From assembly GCA_963977445.1 (NCBI GenBank), contig CAXBPH010000256.1:1-10146 (forward strand): 10,146 bases of DNA, given 5' to 3'. Below the pieces are notes generated by a model. It was not told where the DNA came from. It saw only the letters and a list, made by a program, of their open reading frames with translations, and did no database searches. The translations under genes were made by a program, and so were the position numbers. Source of the stretch: an uncultured bacterium. Lineage in GTDB: Bacteria; Hydrogenedentota; Hydrogenedentia; Hydrogenedentales; JAEUWI01. Below are positions 7,199-10,146 of the stretch, one piece after another (the first letter of the stretch is position 1; each line of letters begins with the position of its first letter).

Positions 7199-8485
7199 CT
7201 ACTTTCCAACACAATAGAGCATTTCCTGTCGCCCGTCAGACTTGCCCTGAGCGACGCGCATGAAAATCTGATTTCCACAGATGGCCGGTGTCGCTTCCAC
7301 TTCATCCGCGTTAACAGAGTTTTCCCCGACCAAGGTAAAGGCCTTGGGGTCCGCTTTGAACAGGTGGGTCGTGCCGTCGTTACCCACGGCAAAAATAGTG
7401 TCTCCCACCAGAACAGGGGATGCGGAAAAACGACCGCCGAGGCGTTCTTCCCACGCTACCGTTCCTGTAGCTAAATCGTAACAGAGGGCCTCGCCCGAAT
7501 CCGTGACGCCGTAGAGATAGCCCTCGTGAATCAATAGGGACGGCACGTAGACCTGGGTTTCATTGCGCCAGATCTCCTCCCCCGAGCCATCGCCCTTCAT
7601 CACCGAGACGTGTTTGCTCGGATAGCCCCCACTGGTGACCACCACGTCGCCATCGGACACCGTAGACGTCACGCATTCCGTCGTGGCTCCGGCCACCTCC
7701 CAGTTCACCGTCCCCGTCAAGGGATCCAGGCTGCTAACCAGATCACACCCGGTGAGTAAGAGCTGATCCTTGCCGTCCACCTTCAGGATTATGGGGGACG
7801 CATAATTCGGAGACTCCGGACGCTTGTGGGACCACACCGGCTTACCCGAAACGCGGTCAAAGGCCGCTGTTGCCCCCCCACCCTTATTGTCGGCATTCGC
7901 TATCACCAGCGGGCCGTAGACCGTGGGCGAAGCCCCATAGCCTTGGTGAATGATGTAGTCCGTGACTTTCTGCTGCCAGAGCTGCTCGCCGTCCAAGCTT
8001 AGCGCCGTGAGATAAACCGCATTGTCATTGATAAAGTTTATGAAGATTCGATGCCCATCACTCGCAATGGTAGAAGATGCCTTGGTAGACCGAGGATTCC
8101 CCGGGCGCCCGCTCGACGCAAAGCCCCCTTTGTGCACGTCGGTCGTCCACAAGGGCTTTCCCGTAATCCGGTCATAACAGAGCATCGATTGAATTTCCGC
8201 TTCTTCATCAGCAGTCGCGAGGAATACCCGGTCGCCCACTACCGTGGGGGAACCATGTCCCCGACCGGGCACGGCGCTCTTCCAAAGAATATTTTTTTCC
8301 TCGCTCCACTCGAGGGGCGGTGTCTGCTCCGGTGCCGCTACCCCATTGCGATTTGGTCCCCGCCACCAGGCCCAATCGGTAGGGGCCAGCTTAATTTGCT
8401 CACCCGATTCGGCGGCGGGCACCGCCAGGCTACCGACAACAGAACCAAGAAGCAACGCAACGCTCAGTACCACACGATGACTCAT
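7199..8485 (-). CDS. PQQ-binding-like beta-propeller repeat protein (BamB-like fold), secreted
   Basis: Signal peptide followed by DWAWWRGPNRNG, PLEWSEEKNILWK, PGRGHGSPTV, YASPI and FSASPV, with repeated D..TG..W blade motifs. GGGAGA RBS upstream. Confidence 0.9.
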   Translation of the reverse strand: MSHRVVLSVALLLGSVVGSLAVPAAESGEQIKLAPTDWAWWRGPNRNGVAAPEQTPPLEWSEEKNILWKSAVPGRGHGSPTVVGDRVFLATADEEAEIQSMLCYDRITGKPLWTTDVHKGGFASSGRPGNPRSTKASSTIASDGHRIFINFINDNAVYLTALSLDGEQLWQQKVTDYIIHQGYGASPTVYGPLVIANADNKGGGATAAFDRVSGKPVWSHKRPESPNYASPIILKVDGKDQLLLTGCDLVSSLDPLTGTVNWEVAGATTECVTSTVSDGDVVVTSGGYPSKHVSVMKGDGSGEEIWRNETQVYVPSLLIHEGYLYGVTDSGEALCYDLATGTVAWEERLGGRFSASPVLVGDTIFAVGNDGTTHLFKADPKAFTLVGENSVNADEVEATPAICGNQIFMRVAQGKSDGRQEMLYCVGK

Positions 8486-8860
8486 TCAACAATCTCCCAG
8501 ACGATATCGTTCCAGCGCACCCAAGGCGCTCGCTACACTCTCTGATTCCTGCCCCCGTGATGTGACCAGGATTGAAACCAGCTTAGCATGTTCGAAACGG
8601 AAAATGCAGAATGAACGTTGCCACTGGAAGGTGCTTGGGCCCCCCACAGACACCAGCACAATCCACATTATCTTTGAAAATAGGCCTCTTAACTGCTCCA
8701 AAAAAGCGCACATCGTGTCTAACGACCTTCTAAATACACACTCCTCTTATATGGAAGACCGGAAACCGGGCATACTCCGGAGAGAGCCAAACCGAATTAT
8801 ACGAATAATCCTGGTTTGTAAACTGTGTTATGCCCAATAAACCGTGAAAAGGAGTATCTC

Positions 8861-10146
8861 ATGGTACCTGAACGAATTTTTCTCAAAATGGCCTTGGCCG
8901 CACTACCTCTGCTGTTCCTTGCAGGGTGCCCAGTAGGAATTACACCGGGCGCTACGAGCTCAACAATGAATGTGTTACTTGCCGCGAATAACGGCGGGTT
9001 GACCCAAAAGGCCGATGTCTACACTAAGGCGCGGGTCGTTCAACTGGAGGAACTCGTCAGCCTCACCGTAACGATAGACGCCATCTCCCTCCAATCTGAG
9101 ATGGGCGCGGTTGTTGTCGTGGACACACCCTTCGACCTCGATTTGATGGACATCTTGAATGTGCCCAATCTAATCAACGCGGCCGCCGTACCGGAAGGCA
9201 CCTACACGGAGGCCGTACTCACCCTCTCGGGTGCCATGGCTGTCTTCGCAAATGCACCTGACATGCCCATTGCGGTTAACTTGCTCGATAATGGAATCTT
9301 TCGGGTCCCCACGAACTTTGTCTCCGTCCCCGGCGCCGAGAATCTTCTGGTATTCGACCTTGGCGCCATTTCTCTGGTGGAACTTGATGCCGGTGGCTAC
9401 CAGTTGGTGCCTGACCTGCAGGTAAATCTTTTCACGACGATCCAGGCCCAGGTCCGTGGCGAGATTCTTTCTGTCGATTTAGAAAACAACACAATCACCC
9501 TCGGACGTGGTGATGCAGCTATCCTCGTCGATATCGCGGGTGCCGCCATCTTTCTTCCCGACGATTTTGACACTCCCAATGGGACGGTCGATAACCTCGT
9601 CGCAGGCCTTGAAGTAGTGGCCATCGGCACGCTAAATTTTGATGCCTCCCTTTCCGCGGGTACGATCGCAATTCTGGATTCTCCCGAGGAAGAGGACGAC
9701 AGCGTTCAACAAATCAGTCGTCATCTCCGCTTTACCTTGAAGAGCACCGGTGTAGACCCCGACGCGGAAGGCGATGTCACCTACAAGGCCAACCAGAACA
9801 ATCGTCAATTAAATATCAAGATGGACGACCTTACCTTGGTCTTCGCGGTCAAGATCACGGTGGACGGGGAATTCATTGCCGATGCTGATGTTCATAAAAA
9901 AGGCAAGGCAAAAATCCATCTCGTTAGTGCCCGAGGCGACGTTGTACCGGTCATGACGGCGGCGTCCGTCATCGAAGTCTTCGATTTCCAGACCGATGAA
10001 CTTCTTCTCGTTTCCGGCCCGGGGACGTCCTTCGGGAACGACGACGAAGGTGACGACAACAGTGCGGGTGAAGGTGAAGGTGAAGGTGAAGGTGAAGGCG
10101 ACGACAACGGTGCAGGCGAAGGTGAAGGCGAAGGTGAAGGCGAAGG
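8861..10146 (+). CDS. Multidomain lipoprotein (DUF4382-like, DUF5666-like, unknown beta domain, Gly-Glu repeats); 3' truncated by the window
   Basis: AAGGAG at 8849-8854, ATG at 8861, open to the window end (>428 aa): MVPERIFLKMALAALPLLFLAGCP... Lipobox LAGC. SLTVTIDAISL, DLDLMDI, VPEGTYTEAVLTLS and LLVFDL are DUF4382-like. VRGEILSVD...LVAGLEVVAIG is DUF5666-like. Confidence 0.85.
   Translation, partial: MVPERIFLKMALAALPLLFLAGCPVGITPGATSSTMNVLLAANNGGLTQKADVYTKARVVQLEELVSLTVTIDAISLQSEMGAVVVVDTPFDLDLMDILNVPNLINAAAVPEGTYTEAVLTLSGAMAVFANAPDMPIAVNLLDNGIFRVPTNFVSVPGAENLLVFDLGAISLVELDAGGYQLVPDLQVNLFTTIQAQVRGEILSVDLENNTITLGRGDAAILVDIAGAAIFLPDDFDTPNGTVDNLVAGLEVVAIGTLNFDASLSAGTIAILDSPEEEDDSVQQISRHLRFTLKSTGVDPDAEGDVTYKANQNNRQLNIKMDDLTLVFAVKITVDGEFIADADVHKKGKAKIHLVSARGDVVPVMTAASVIEVFDFQTDELLLVSGPGTSFGNDDEGDDNSAGEGEGEGEGEGDDNGAGEGEGEGEGE
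10046..10146 (+). repeat. Coding GG(T/C)GAA hexamer repeats nested in a 48-bp higher-order repeat
   Basis: GACGACAAC at 10052 and 10100 gives a 48-bp period, encoding DDN(S/G)AGEGEGEGEGEG twice. The repeat is cut by the window end. Confidence 0.92.

Noticed and set aside
7199..8485. True bamB or a PQQ-dependent dehydrogenase
   Set aside because: There is no lipobox cysteine and no bam/der gene context, and the protein is short for a quinoprotein dehydrogenase. It fits the generic, often highly paralogous PQQ-like propeller family.
8486..8860. Riboswitch, ncRNA, sigma54 promoter or small ORFs (8486..8713, 8562..8840) in the 375-bp divergent intergenic region
   Set aside because: I found no recognisable aptamer, strong hairpin or convincing sigma54 -24/-12 motif by eye, and the ORFs lack an RBS and motifs. 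An Rfam scan would be needed to exclude an RNA.
9892..10107. Ser-Pro repeat ORF on the minus strand
   Set aside because: It is the antisense reading of the Gly-Glu repeat of the lipoprotein gene.

Overview
Bacterial chromosomal window, mostly GC-rich, with eight supportable CDSs. These are a secreted GH29 alpha-L-fucosidase (-), a 45-aa entericidin EcnA/B-family lipoprotein (-, absent from the ORF track), a ~651-aa secreted beta-helix-like plus beta-propeller protein (-), a Blc lipocalin (-) divergent from a YbjT-like SDR/DUF2867 protein (+), an RraB-like protein (+), a PQQ-like beta-propeller protein (-), and a DUF4382/DUF5666-like lipoprotein with Gly-Glu repeats that runs off the window end (+, absent from the ORF track). 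Non-coding structure includes a ~470-bp REP-like composite array (three 97-bp direct repeats joined by palindromic junctions, bounded by inverted arms) that overlaps the fucosidase stop codon. There is also a second, unrelated inverted REP-like doublet, two intrinsic terminators, and an AT-rich divergent promoter with TAGACA repeats 11 bp apart over the blc -35, resembling a CarH/LitR operator. Family calls come from motif recognition, not database searches. No clear-cut new multi-gene system is demonstrable. The repeat array and the putative light-responsive operator are the best leads.
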